DNA from: Bugula neritina
Taxonomy: Eukaryota; Animalia; Bryozoa
Length of the DNA stretch: 64,000 bases
Reading direction: 5' to 3'
NCBI GenBank assembly: GCA_964035545.1
Contig: OZ037765.1
Coordinates: 27,837,504-27,901,503, forward strand
Within the stretch, counting starts at the first letter, position 1. Each line of letters starts with the position of its first letter. Positions 30,750 to 45,700 of this stretch are shown here, piece after piece. Below the pieces are notes generated by a model. It worked only from the letters and a program-made list of their open reading frames with translations. It was not told the DNA's origin and searched no databases. A program made the translations under genes and the position numbers.

Positions 30750-33700
30750 TTAATTAGTTGTGTCTTTAACAGAACTCTTGTTAGAATACTGGCTTTGTAA
30801 TGCCTTTTCAATGTGTTGTTTACTTATGGAAAGTACATCTTGAATCTCCTTCTGACGCAAGGACATGTGCTGAGCATCTACTGCACCAGGTGGTGTCTGC
30901 TGACCAGAGAGGGATTCCTGATCACTCATCTGACTAGCTTTCTGAGAGTTGGCTCTTCGCACGCCTTCTAGAATAGACTTGTGAGACGACACCACTTGTT
31001 GCTTAATCTGCTGCTTACGGTCAATACCAGACTGTCCAAGATGGACGCCGAGCTCTGCCTTCGGACATATAGGCTGATGGTGCAGGACATGCTTCACACT
31101 ATTCATGACTTGATGGAGGTTGTCTTGAGCCTGCTTGTTGTGTGGCTCAAACACAGACTCCGGGACAGCCAGTTGACTTGGCTTTATCAGGTTCTCCCGC
31201 TCGTGTCCAGCTGTTAATACTCTCTTTACGATACTTTGCACCGTGTCAGAATTGGGCTGACAATGTGAGAAGTTAAAATTGTTTCTGGTCATTGGTGAGG
31301 GAACCTCACCTCTGGGGTATGGACGGCCACTAGATAAATATTGCTGTACAAATTGTAACTCTTTGTCTAAGTTTTCTAACTTCTCCTTCTTTGGTCCAGT
31401 TGAATTCAACTGCAGAAGCTTTCCGACTATTGTCCGTAAATGGTGAGCTGCACCCACATCTAATGGAGGTGTGTGAGGTCTAGACCCGTCACTGTTGTAT
31501 CCACCACCGTCTTCGGATTGCTGCTGATTGCATCTTGCACAAGAAGCCATATGGAGCTTCTGTTTGTTCAGTAAATACTCTTCTATCTGAAGTTCATGAG
31601 CTCTTTGTAATCGCTCCTTTTCTAAGGTTTGCCTGAATAAAAATAATGAAAGAAAATTTAAATTACATACTAGTAGTTCTATAAACATAATTCATAAATG
31701 ATGTTTTATAATAATAATGAAAATGTGAATTCCAAAAACTACCTTTCAATGAGCTGCCTGAATTCATCGTCATCACTTGATAAGTCACAAGCGTCAGCTC
31801 TAGAAAGCTAAACATAAAATTCAATAATTGTGAAATGGCAAAAGGTTACAAGATTATGGTCTTTTAAAAAAACCAAATGTGAAATAAAATGTGGAAACTA
31901 CAATTGAAATAATTTGTAACTATCAGTTTCAAAAAATGTGTTTAGGATAGCAAAAAATGATGTATAGCAAGCATTAGCCGATCACCAGAGAAAGGGACAA
32001 TTTCACCACACACACAAACATGGGCTGCAGGAGCTGATAAGCTGATGAGAAAGGTAGCCTGTACATATTATACATAAGATACGGTTAACAGCAAGAGCTC
32101 AACTATAACCAAGGTGAGTAAGGGAGGGTTTGACAGAAGGATACCTGAAAATTACGGTCTGCAGGGGTTTGAACTGGTCCGCCATTGCTTACTCGTTTCA
32201 CCATTCGTGCTATCTTAACAACACTAGTCACTGGATCACCCTCGTATGTAGGAGGCTGAAATTTTTGTTGATTACTAGAAGGGAGGACGTAATTTAGGCT
32301 GGCTGCATGATTGTATGTAGGATTTATCTGCCCATTATTCTGGAGCTGAGAAACAGGATGGCTAGCTGCCATAGCTGCCGACAGACTCTCAGCATTCAAA
32401 GATGAGTTGAGAGAATGCAGACCGGCATGGGAGCTGGCAGCACTTTCATTGGTGGTTAGCGAATCAGAAACAGTCGAGACAAACGATAGATTGGCAGCTT
32501 CTGACTCGGCAGCAAGGGCATCAACAATAGCAGCGTTAGCAGCAGATGCAGCACTGCAATGCTCGCAGCTTTCAATGTGAGATTCAAGTGTATGCCCACA
32601 TGGAATAGAATGTTTTCTCTCAAAAATATTGGCTAACTTCTCTGAGAGAATGTTGTTAGCTCTGTTGCCCTCGGCTTCAACCAGATGTTCCCCGAGGCCT
32701 GCAGGGACGCTGTCAGTAGTCTTACGGCGACTCTCTTCTGCCTGCTGCGTCTGCTTACCAGCCGTGTCCATGGAGGGGCTCCAGGACATGCACCTCTGAA
32801 CAGAAAGTAGTTTACTCTCGGGCTGCGCAGGCTGGTCACTAGTAGTTAAAGTAGTTGGGTGCGATGAATAGGAAATTATTTTCTGTCTATTCACAGAGCT
32901 ATTGTGATTATCATAGCAAGAAGTAAGATCTGCTACATGATTAAGACTAGGACAGATAGTAGAATGAGAGAGTGAGTTAGCATTGTCCCCCGCCACCACT
33001 GCATCTAATACTTTATCAGAGTTCTCAGAGGAAACATGTATATTTGCAGCCTCTTTATAGAAACACTCAGACGTCAACTGCTCAGAATTACAGTGAAGAC
33101 AGTTTGACGAAACCGAGAGCATGCAAGGTTGAGCAAGAGAGCAATTTGGCTCAATCAAGTTGTTAACACTATTCACTATAGCACCAGTGCCAACACATTT
33201 CGTCTGCAGTTCTTGACAGCTACTTACAGAAGAGGCTCCATCTAACACATCTGAAGTTAACTCTTTAGCGTTCTGTTGGGGATCTTCAACAGTACTCGCA
33301 ATAGCATTAGTAATGAAAGGTCCATGTAACGACGAAGGTGTGGGATTAGTAAGCAAAGGACCAGAAGCAGTGGTGGTAGCAGCATGAAATTGGCGGCCAC
33401 CAGCTACCTCTAAGCCACCCACAATCTCGCCTTCTGACACTACATTAATGGTGGAAACCGCATCCAGAGCTGGAGCATCTGTGTTCACCTTATGTCTTGT
33501 AGAGGTGGTGGATACCACAGGCTCTGCTGTACTGACACTGGTGACTGATGGGTCTGGGGTGATGGGAGAACCAGCTTTACTATCTGCTAAATAGTCATAT
33601 ATAACATATATAACATCACATATTTCTACTCCAAGAATGCCAACTTATCAATCTAGATAATCTATGCTGACTCATAGAGCAGAGACTGTACACAAATCTG

Positions 33701-36700
33701 TCAGCTGATGATTACTATTAGCTCACCAGTTGATTTGCCGCACATGCAGTAAGAAATATAATACAACATGAAGAACTGTTCATCGCTAGACAAACAACTT
33801 GCAGTAGGTTTAGCTTACCAGAAGGTTCTTTGACAGGCCCAATAGAGAACCTCCCAACTCTGGTAGATTTGGCTTGTAGACTGTTGAGTCGTGCATCAGG
33901 ATCCTCGGCAGCGGGCGTGGTGAGGTCAGAAGACGAGTCTACTTCCGGGATAGTCTGAGACTGGAGGACACCAGCACTTTGAGGAGCTCGGTCTAAGACA
34001 GACTCATTCTCTGCAGGACTCGTCTGCGTGGTGGAGGAGCTGAGCTGAGGGGCTGACATGGTGTTGGAGTTGGCGTATAGAGAGTTGGTGGGCTCAGCTT
34101 CAGGTATGATGCTCCTACAAAACAGAGCTGACGGATGTTGATCCAACAGGCAGCAATTATTACACACCCGACAGCGTCAGCCCTTGGCAGCGGAAAGACC
34201 ACACACATGCATGTGACAGCTGAATACTGTAAGGTGACATGAACTCACTAGCTCTCACTCATAGCGAAAACCAACAGTTGAAGAAAACATAACAGCGTAT
34301 GTCTTAGTACAGACACAATGTGAACAGCAATTCCAACAACAGCGAACATATGAACAATGCTGTCGATACAACCAACTCACCACGGATTGGCTGAAGATGT
34401 GACAAACTTAGGAGTAGGAGAGTGTGACAAGCTCCTGCTAAAACAATTACATACTGCAAGTGGACCAGTAGTTGGCTAAACAGGAGGAATGTATAGAGTA
34501 GTTTAATCAGATACGTATCAACATGATGAAGCAGAGCAGAGTAATGAACAGGGGAAACAAGCCAACAACTCTGGTGGACTTACCTAAAACCAGGCACTGG
34601 TTTTATTTTAAGTAATGTGGGTGATGAGCAACAGCTTAAACTATAAGATATATTTCATCTATGAATATGATAAAGCAAACTGAAGTATCCATGATTATAG
34701 AACTGAATTTTATTATAGACAAATTGTAACAATGGGTTTGTCTATGCAGAAGTTAGGAGAAAACAACAAAACAGAATAAAAGCTTTGCTTTGCAGAATAA
34801 TAGCAAGTTTCAGCAGACAGTATAAGATAAAAGTCATGATATAACAGCAGGAAATGTTGTGAACTAGAGAGAGAGAGAGAGACTAAGCTAGTAGTCACTA
34901 GGAAACTAATCAATATTGTCTGGAAGTGGGATTAGCAAGAGGCCAGCCAATACCAAGGCATTGCTCCTGCATCACACTTTCTATTGCTAGACTACTTAGT
35001 ATAGGAATATGAAGCATTCGGCATTGCTAGGTTTCCAGCTCTCTGGTCAATTTGAACAAATGTTGGTACAATACAAGACAGCAGAAAGATGACAGTACCT
35101 ATGCTGCTGATCTAACACAGACGGGTGAGTCAGCGACTGAGTCTGAATGCTGTTGTAATTCCAGTTTTCTTCTTGCCTTCCTTTCCCCAAAAGAGTCTCC
35201 AGACTCTTCCCCAGTGCATTCATATCCAGGCCTTTCTTGGCAGTCTTATTCTCATCAGCCTGTAAGAGCATTACTATACAACAGCACGTGTTGGGAGAGA
35301 TTGCATCATCACATAGCTGGGGATGCAAGGGTTAAGAATAAACAGCTCTATAGCTTGTAATGGCCATTTCACATCAACTCCCAAAGGTTAACTTGAGACT
35401 TTAAACACAATAAATCAATCAGAAGAATGACTAAAATAGAAAGTGTAATGCTGATGGGAAAGCAAGCGGGTTGAGCCAGCACCTGCATCTCTCCACTTAG
35501 TATTCAATTCAACACTTGCATCCCTGTGTGCAGCTGAGTAGAATATACAAGACAATGTAAACAGTGGGTATGCTATAGTGCTCTAGATGGTGAAGTTTAG
35601 CATGAAGTGACTGAAAATTTACCAGTATTCGATAATAGAGAGTAAGAGAAGTGTTGAATTAGGACACAGCTATAATTAATACATAATCTGATTAAAATAA
35701 TCAATCATCTCTGGTCAGAAATATTGAATAAACCGGCAACTAAGGGGTCAAGAATGAGGCGGGTGAACAGGTAACTGGTGGATGAAATATGCGGCTGAAT
35801 AAGCTTATAATAAAATATGATGGTAGTAACTGTAAGCAGCAGCAGAAAGAGCAGCAGCGGGTGTAGCTACAAGTGCAGCATTTCTTACAGAAGACATAGT
35901 TGAAAGTTGTTGTTGAGAAGATTGTGAGGCTTTTCGAGGACTGGTTGGAGACATTGTAGTGCCCTGAAATTACAACCACAGAAAATACATCCTCCATACA
36001 AACTACGTACTCTGTATTGTATTCCAAACACGCTGAGTGAAGTGTAAAAGCAATAGAAGAAGTGGGACTTACAGCGTGGTTAGGAGTACCGGGATGAGCT
36101 GTCGGAACATTTGATCCATTCATGGCAGCCAAAGGATGTTTAGCTGACGAGGCAGCAGCACTACCTTGTACAGGAGTGGAACTACCGCTTCCATCCAACT
36201 GTAGAGTCATTGGTAAACCTGTTTGAATTTGCAGATTTTGAGGAAGTGATGTTAAAGCAGGAAGTGGCATAGAAGAGGAGGGAGTAGCCACTGTGTTTGT
36301 CTGACGGGATACCATGTCACTATGTGACGCCGCCCGGAGTCTAGCCGGTTCATCCAGTGAACCCCCATCTTCGCCACCAACTGATGTTGTGGAAGGAACA
36401 GACACCAAAGACTGGCTTTCTGCTACACTTATCTATAACCAATGTAAACAGTGCTATAGCTGTGCTCAGCAAACTGCAGCAGTGATATGCTATTAATTTA
36501 TCAGCAATGTCAATAACTCTGAAAAACTAATATTTATGCTTGGTATGCTTGATAGGAGTCTTCAAGCCACAAGTCGGAATAGCTAGAAGTGATTGGCAAC
36601 AAAAAAGGTATTTTTCATTAAGACCACCAGTTTAGAGTTTTGGACATAACATAAAAAGGTATTGAGTACTTAGTATTTCTGCCCCAACAGCTCGGAACTA

Positions 36701-39700
36701 TTTACTATAAATATCTGCCATTTCCTACGAATCACAAAGTAGAATTTCAAATTATTTGATAACCAGCCTTTCTTGAAATAAAATTATATTTGTGTAAACA
36801 TCATTTTATGGAGAGAACTGGTTTGCATAATTGTACCTCAACTAATTATATTTCTACATGTGTATTACATAAATATTAGAGAATATATGACTGAAATTAT
36901 TTTATAAATTCCTACAACCTGAAATTAGCAAGAATAACTACCGATACTTTTTAAACAATATACACCGATATATCTATTCAGGAATTGTCTCCCCCATTGT
37001 AATTTTGACTGAGCAAAAGTTCAACTGCAGGCAGTAGTTAATATAAATAGAATAGGAATCAATACCAAGTTATATAATGTAGTGCTAATTTTATGCATTG
37101 TAGCCGAGCAATTGTATTTAGTCACTGGGTGTTGGTGATCAAGTTGCTAGTTTAAGTATTGATGAAAACATTAGTGATTGATTTGCAGTTCATGTGATTT
37201 GAACAAAAACAAAATATTCATCATTACACAATCATATGTTACGGCAACATTAAGCAGTGTGATACGCAGCAGTGAGAGCCTAAGTATTCACCTGAGATTC
37301 AGAGTTGGAATTCCGAAGTATGGTAGATGCAGAATCTGCGCCTGCGCCAGATGAAAGCTGCTCAACAGTGCTGTCTGATTCACTGAGTTCATTGCTCTCT
37401 CCGTCCACGTATAACTTGCGCTGTATTGATTGACATGATTAATAAAATATCACATCTATAATCACGAAACTCCATGAGTTTTACATGACAAAATTTATTA
37501 GTTGAGCCACTACACTTGTTTATACAGCATATGAAAGCCCCAGGTGCATTTATTCAAAATAACCTTAGACAGGTTTAGAAATTGACTGCCAGGTTAGAAA
37601 GTGTTGTTAGATTCATAATAAATACAGCCTACAGGACTACGTTTTTATATTGAAGCGTTACCAGCATGTAAAAGGCCAATGCTGTAGTTTTGAAAAGCAT
37701 GAGTTTCTATAAACACTCAAAATATTTTCTTTTCAAAGCAAAAGCATTACTAAACAATGAAACTATAAGCAGTAGGAAATGAGACATTAAAGCATAACGT
37801 CAACATTTCCAATAACTTGGACTGTTAGTCCAGCTTTATTACTAGCATTTCATATAACAACTTAGTCAATATATTAGTTTTAAAACAGAAATTGCATCAT
37901 TTACAAGTAAAGGGAATAACCAAAAGCATACATTCTTACAAACATGACTGTGTGGGTAAGTTGTGTAGTGCAGACTCGGTATTAGCTTGGGCCCTCTATT
38001 GTTCTATGCTGTGTCTATTGTTTAGTGTTTACCATTACATTGTCTAGGTGAGGCCATTGAAAAACATGAAAATTGCTTTCAAGAACCGGATGAATGAAGA
38101 CTAAGAGTTTCGACTAAACTAACCGCCAAATCATATTCTTTAAAAAAGCCAAGTACAGAAGGGAGTGGTAATCATAAACCTAAGTAAAGAATGTTTCTAC
38201 TTTTGTGTAGGGATTTCTTTATGAATGAATGATCAAGCACTTGCAGTAGACAGCTACTGCACACAAAACAACACAATACAATGGAAGAGTCGAAACTGAG
38301 AAGTGATGATGACAACTATTGTAGTTGAATTATTCATACACAATGTAAATGTTGCACTACAAATTCCACGAATGATTTATCTAATAGCAATAGCAGTCTA
38401 GGGGTACTTCCGCCATGCAATGTGCTGCGTGATATTTTGCCGTGTAAAATCTTACGACACTCGTGATACAGTAGTTGCAGTCAGAAATGACAAGTAAAAT
38501 GGCCTGCTTTCAACACAAGTCAAACCAATTCAAGTATCATTACAGTATTAATCAGTTATGATTACAAGTATATTAAAATTAACAGAAGGAGTGAGAGGGG
38601 GCAAAGAGAGGGGCAGAGAGGGGGGCAAAGAGAGGGGCAGAGAGGGGGGAGGGTAATACACCTACCTTGACTACCCCATCACTTGGCAAGTTGTCTTCAT
38701 AATCTTTAGCTGTTTGTGAGCCCTTTCTACTCAGTGTGGGGCTGGTGGTGGGGCTATCCGACAACTGATCTAAATATACACACAAACCATGCTAAGCTAT
38801 TCATCAACAGTCACATACTTATCAGATCTATTTCAAGGTTAAGTGAGAGCAGCAGTATATCTAATTACAAGTTATCCAGCGTGTCCTTGATCAATGTCCA
38901 AGATATAAATATATCATTTATTCTATAAATGTGTATGTATAATATTGATTAGCCTATAAAATGCTTACTATAAATTTGTATATTCAATTGCTTTGACAAG
39001 GTAATAGCTTGATCAGGGTTGTTCTTGTGCTCCATCACCAGCGATACAATGCTCTCTATCTGCTCTCTCGCCATTGACAGGTGCTCGTCATTTAGCAACT
39101 TTTCCTCCATCTTGAAAAAGGAATAAAACAAACCATCACTTTTACAACAGGAACTAAACACCACATTCCCCTAGTCAACACCACATTCTCCTAGAATTGA
39201 TTCGCTGTATACATCAATAAATACTTCAGCTTCTAGTTTTCCTGTTGAGAACACTTGACACATAATTGGCCATTCAATATCTCTTCACTATAAGTTTAAA
39301 CAAGTCTTCAAACACACAAGAAATGTCAACAGCACTATTTAGCTGCAGAAGGAAAACACAGTTTATAACAGATTATTTTGTAATTATTTGAAAGTATTGG
39401 TTTCTAACCAAATTGTTGATGATGTCGTCAGCTGTATTGTGATTGTAATCGAAATCGAAAGTTATTGTAGCCTTTCCGGTGTCAAGTGCACATGTGACTG
39501 TAAGAGCATCTTTCACGGGCATGATACTGAGAATATGCAAGAGAGGTTTGTTGTCAGTTGTTCTACGCCGGCCTTTCCTTCCTTTTTTCTTTTCGGCCAA
39601 AGGAGCTTTAGCTTCACTCGGTAGATCATCACTGAACACAAAATCATAAGTCATGAGCTAGGGCAGCTCATGCATGAGTCATTGTATCTGTATATTATAT

Positions 39701-42700
39701 TCAGGTTAGATCAGTTAAGTACAATACAATGCTAATGAGTGTATCAGCTGGTAAAGTGCATATCAACAAACTGGGAAGTACCTTTCTTTGACTTCTTCAT
39801 CCAAGGACTTGGCTTGCAGTTCACTGAAATCCTACAGAACAACGATATCATCTCATAATATTTCGGGATTATGCAAAATGTGACAAAAGCATCTCCAGCT
39901 TATTTGGTGCTGGTTTGTAGCAAAGGAAGGATGTTACAAGCTCAAACCACTGTCTATAATCTAAAATCTAAAGCTCCTGCAACATATAGCAGCTACCAAC
40001 AACTGTAGGTATGAGTACAATTTAATATTAGGTTAAACGCTGAGAAAACGCTGTGAAACATATAACAAAATAAAGGATTGCTTAAAAAATATTTACACGC
40101 TGGAGATAAATCTGCAGTCAACTAGACTGTGGCCTTTAGTTTCTGTTAAGAAGCAATTAAGACAGTTAACCAATGCAGCAGGCATTGTAAACTCACAAGC
40201 TAGACTTAGGCATGTGCTGCATGGAATATATCATTTTATCGCTGATCTTATTTGTTAGCACATAGAAATCTCATAAACTGTATGCAATTAGGATTAGGAT
40301 CACTATTACTGAGTAGCAGTACAAACAGCTAGTGAGGCTGTAGTATGGAGTTGGAAAGTTGCCAAAGATTATGTTATGCAAATCTCGGCGTCTACTGTGG
40401 ATTTCAATGCCTACTATAGGTTAGAGCAACCTGTACTGTCAGTAGTGTTACGTGGTGTTATGCAGGAGCTCAAACACAACAATTGCCATTACTATACCTC
40501 TGTTCCTGATAAATTAGATTCTACCTCACAGCTGAATGCCTGTTTGTTTTGCTGTCAAAATTTAAAATCTTAGTTTACCCAACGAAGCTTAAAAACCAAG
40601 GTGATGCACATATAATCAAATAGTGTAACTGGTAGACAGACAGACAAGCTGATAATAACATGGCGGAATATAACTAAAATAGCTAGCAAAAGATAGGAAG
40701 TTATTACATGCTAAAGATTAAATTTTGTAGCCAACCACCAGCCAATCCCAACCCTTGATTAGGTGAACATAATAAGCCAGGAGGAGATTGTAAGGTTACT
40801 AACTGTTCTAGTGATTTGACAATTTCCCAATCAATACTTGAAGGTAAGCAATCTTACAGACGTTGGTGTTCATAATCAACTAAGCTGCCAATACCATGGC
40901 TAGGCAGCAGGAAAAACATTAGAACTGATTGCCTAATTTTAGGAGTTATCCTAACAACACATAAAGATTTAAAAATTGACTGGCAGTTAACAAAAGAATT
41001 CATTAAAGCTGCTGGTAATCAATGACATAATACCAGTTCTAAATTACCACCTTTGCTTCAAGTATTGATTGACAATTAAATTCATTTGAGAATTGGATTC
41101 AGGTAAAGTTTTTTGCACAGCAAACAAGTGCAATGTTTCCCTTCAATGCAGTTTCCCTCCCTAGTCATAGTGTTCACTAGTATTTTCCAACTAACTGTAA
41201 TTGCTATCCTAAACACAAACTTACAAATGCAGTGCTTCGATACTTTTATATATAATTAGCTTTGATGTAAACATCACCTGACTTATCCATAGGCCCTAAT
41301 TCAAAAGGACTACGGTTATAATTATAGGTAATGAAGGTTGCAATAGCAGATAGTGTTGACCAGAGTAAAGCAGGCCAAGCTGTTTGTTGTACCTTGACAG
41401 AGGTGCTTGACTCGCAACTATTCTGAGAATTACACAATCTGGCAGAAGAGGTGAGGCTATCAGGAGCTATGTCCAATTGATGGGGCTCAATAAGGTGAAC
41501 TGGCGCAGAATTTGCAGAGCTACATGTTGCGCATGCATTTGTTATCCCAGCCGTGGTGGGAATTGCTGTATTGTTGATTGGCAGGGAGTTTGTTGAGGAG
41601 CTGTGAATATTGTTGTTACATACCACCACCTGTTATGGTAAAGTTTAGCACAAAGAAGCAATAATCATAGAAGAATAAGCAATAGCATTGGCCATGCAGG
41701 TCTACAGTCACTACCAATTACATAATCACGATTGAGGGGTGAAAGTAGATATATGTAAGGATTGCTTACACACACATTACTTATACATAATCTATCATAT
41801 CATCTCCATTAAAGGTTATAAATGGCAACGTGTGGGTTTTCGCTACTTTATACAGGTGTTTACTAAGAATATATAAAATAACCATTTATATAGCAGCAGT
41901 TTGAGAAGTAGGCAATACTAATGCTAACTAAAGCAGTCATACCTCAGCTGAATGCGAATTAGTATAGGTTGTGGCTGAACTGGTAAGAGCGCTGCCCTCT
42001 GCTGCGTTTACAATAGAAGGATCAGCTGCTGCCAATGACGGTGCCAAGGCAGCCGGAGCTGGTGGTTGTCTTGAGTCAGCAGCAACCTCTTGATTGGAGG
42101 GTTCTGATACACTGGCAGCATTACTCAGTGCAACAGAACTTGATCCGCTGACGTGAGCTGGAAGAACTTTGGGCTGATGGAGTTGAGACTGACTATTAAG
42201 ACTATTAGCTATTGGCTGCATGCTAGTGGGGTTAGCAGATGGCATGTTATTACTAACAATGTCAGTAGCGGATGGCAGAACTGGCTGCTGAGATGAAGCA
42301 GCTGTTGGTACCTGCTGACTGCTCAAACTGGCAGCAGTTTCTGACTGAAGACTGCTGCTGGTTTCAGAGAGAGCCATACCACAGATACCGCTGTCGGTAG
42401 ACACGGGCACGAAGTCTCCCAAGTTCTGCAGCACTGGAAGATTGGTTGACCCTGTGGCTGACTGGGGGTTAGCAAATACTTGCTGACCTTGAGCCACAGG
42501 AGTTGTCTGCACAGGGGGCTGGGAGGGTGGGGGAGCCGACTGAGTCTGACCAGAAGTCCCGTTAGTCTGAGACATCTGAGACGGCAGCGGGGTGGGCGGA
42601 GGCTGCTGAGAGGGCGCTGCCTCAGCCTCGGCATTCTTCTGATGTTTCACAATCTGATGTACTTTGTCCTGTATTAGTTTAGTAGCAACTCTCACATCCA

Positions 42701-45700
42701 GCTCGTGGAGATAACCTCCATCGATCTAGTAAAAAGATAAAAATAATATATAAATACTGCCCGCTGATGATAAGCTCCTAGAAATAAGCTCCAAGAATAG
42801 AAGTGAATGGATTTATCCCTTATTCATAATAGACTAGTAACTGAGTAGTAGTGATAAGGACCAGTCAGCTATTGATATTCATACAGACATACAAGAGCTG
42901 TACAAACAAATTATAAAACTGATTCCTATTGTAAAGGTATCACATTTCTCTAGTTCAGACTTCAGAACATAATAGAATAGGACAGAATAGATGGAGTATA
43001 ACATAATATTATGCTGTAGTCACATGATGTAGTCACATGACAAGGTCTGAGAAGTTCACAGGTCACCATCCCGGACCTCTGCTGCCAGACAATGTACCAC
43101 GTACCATTTCTTTCACAACCACATCAGGGGCATCCTTAGCTATATTGAAATCAAACTGAATAGCTTCATCCTTCTTATGCATGTCTTTTCTTTTCTTGGC
43201 ATCATATTTAATGGTGAACTGAATAACTTTGGGATCATCAGTTAACTTGGCATCTACCAACACACCCCACTCAGCGAAGAACTCCAAGTCCAGTAGTTCC
43301 TTTACCGGTTTCCTACCAAACCAAACCAATAGATGACTAAAAAGTGTTATTTTTGAACACATCAATTATAATGACATTCTTTGGTAGGCAGTTGACTGAT
43401 GATATATGTGTTGTCAGACAGTGCATTCCATTTAGAAGGGATTATAACTCTTTCCTGCTAAGCTGTGTAACAACTATTTCAACTGCAGCTAATGCTACTA
43501 ACTTATTCCTCCACAGCATTGACAGCTGATCAGTAGTCATGCACTATAGTCGTGTAAATATTATACTAAGAGAGCTCACTGTTATAAAAGCCAGAGCAAT
43601 TACAGAGAGAGCAATGCTGGGCCCTCTTGGGATGTAGATTAAAGAATTGTATTGACTCACTGATAAAGTACGTAACTTAATTTGTCTAATTAATTCAGCA
43701 AATACAGACAAGTAGAAGAAATATAGCTTGTTAATAAATACCAACTGTATAAAAATGTTAACTGGCATTATCAAGTCATCTCATTGAATCAGCCCCCAAC
43801 ACAATACCGAGTATTAATAATAATAATGAGAAGTTCAGTTGGCAGCAGACACTAATAGTTTGCTGATTATTAGTCATAGACGGTGGAATAAGATACAGTA
43901 TCATATACACAGCATACTCTATAGATGTACTCTACAATATGTTCCATGCTAATAGAAGGTCCCACTTACAAACAATAATAGCTTCTTTATTGGTGATGAG
44001 TTGCTATTCCAGCTATACTATTGATGTCACAGTTACTCTACATGTCATATTAACTGATATAATTACTCTACTATTGTTAAAGTGCATCACTTTACCTGTC
44101 TGCAGGGTTTAACTGGATACACTGTTCTATTATATCCTTGATAGCCACATCCTCCACCTTGTCTAAACTCTCTGGTTTCACTCCCTATAAAACGGTGTCA
44201 TTGATATGCAAAACAGACTTCCACATACAAACACATATACACGTCATTACCTATATAAGCTGAGTAACTTCATTAGCTTACTTTAAACTTCTAGTAGTCA
44301 TTAACTAATCCCTCCATCAAAGTTTCAAACTATTAATAAAAATTCTGTCTGATTCACCACTGGCCAGCCTAATTAACACAAAGAGAGGTATGGTTCAAGT
44401 GCTTGGAAACTCACACTTGTAACTTTCTTGTATATTTGAGCAGCATTAGTACACTCCTTGTATGGATACTCGGAGGTGGCCATCTCCAGCATACACATAC
44501 CGAAGGCATACACGTCTACCGACTCATCGTAGTGTTCTTCATACATCTCAGGGGCCATGAACTCCGGTGTTCCTAATGAAAGGGAACCAAGCCTACTGCA
44601 GAAGACTGCATAATATACACAACATAGGAGCATAGCAATTAGTTCAGCCAAAAAGGTTTCATAATCACTGCAGGTGTTGAACAGTAAAAGGAAAACTGAT
44701 CAATAGCACCAATGGAAGCATTTTTCTAGAACTGCTTTATGAAATTATAGTTCAATAAATACAAATAATTCTAACTTTGACTGGTTAAGGCAGCTAATTG
44801 GGAAAAACTACCAGCTACAAGTTATCAAACATTAAAACCCAGAAACTATCTCCATTGGACATGATGCTAGTTTCACGTTAGATTATAGCTATATTATAGT
44901 GGAAAGTAACCACTATCTTGAAACTGCATGTACAACAATAGCATGTAGACATAACAAATCAATAGCTGTACTTATACTATATACACCAGCACCTGCATTC
45001 ACATAAGGCACTAGAGATGTATACATTCTATGAGCTAAATTAACACCATACTCATAGTGAAAAGTCATAATGCTATGCAAGTGTGTAGAAGCAGCCTATA
45101 GGTTGGTTCATGTCCACAATTCATTAGAGAAACACATAACAAAAATCTCCTAAAGAATGTGTGCTAAAGATTAAAATTCAGCATTATTGGAAAGCAGCCA
45201 AAATGTATAGGAATTAATCAAGCAAGTTACAAGTCCATATCAGTAGAAAACATAGCAGGTACCCTGATAGACAGATAGTGTTGGTTACATTGTGATAGAG
45301 CAGCTATCGGATGCTGAGTAAAACTAGATTGCTTACCTATGACGCTTTTGGCAAAAGACTTGTTTTTCAAAGTAGCTAGGCCCAGGTCACCTATTTTAAC
45401 AGTACCAGTGGTTCCAGTTATAAATATATTATCACACTTCAAATCCCTGTGTATAACGGGAGGGCTTCTAGTGTGGAGGAAATGCAGGCCTTTGAGTATT
45501 TGGCGACACCAGTTTGCTAGCACCTTGGGAGACACTTTTCTAAACCGCCTGATGTACCTGTGAAAACATTACAAATGTAATTAATATATATATACAGAAA
45601 AATATGATATCAGCACACAAAGTATAATAATATTTGCATAGGCTTGGTTGAAGGTTATAAAATCGCATCAAAAAGACTCGTGGCTTCAATATTGCATCAA

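Noticed and set aside
31809-32144. WNK intron starting GTATCCTT as U12-type
   Set aside because: No TCCTTRAC-like branch site near the 3' AG, and the exonic CAG|GT context suits U1. Probably U2-type, though not excluded.
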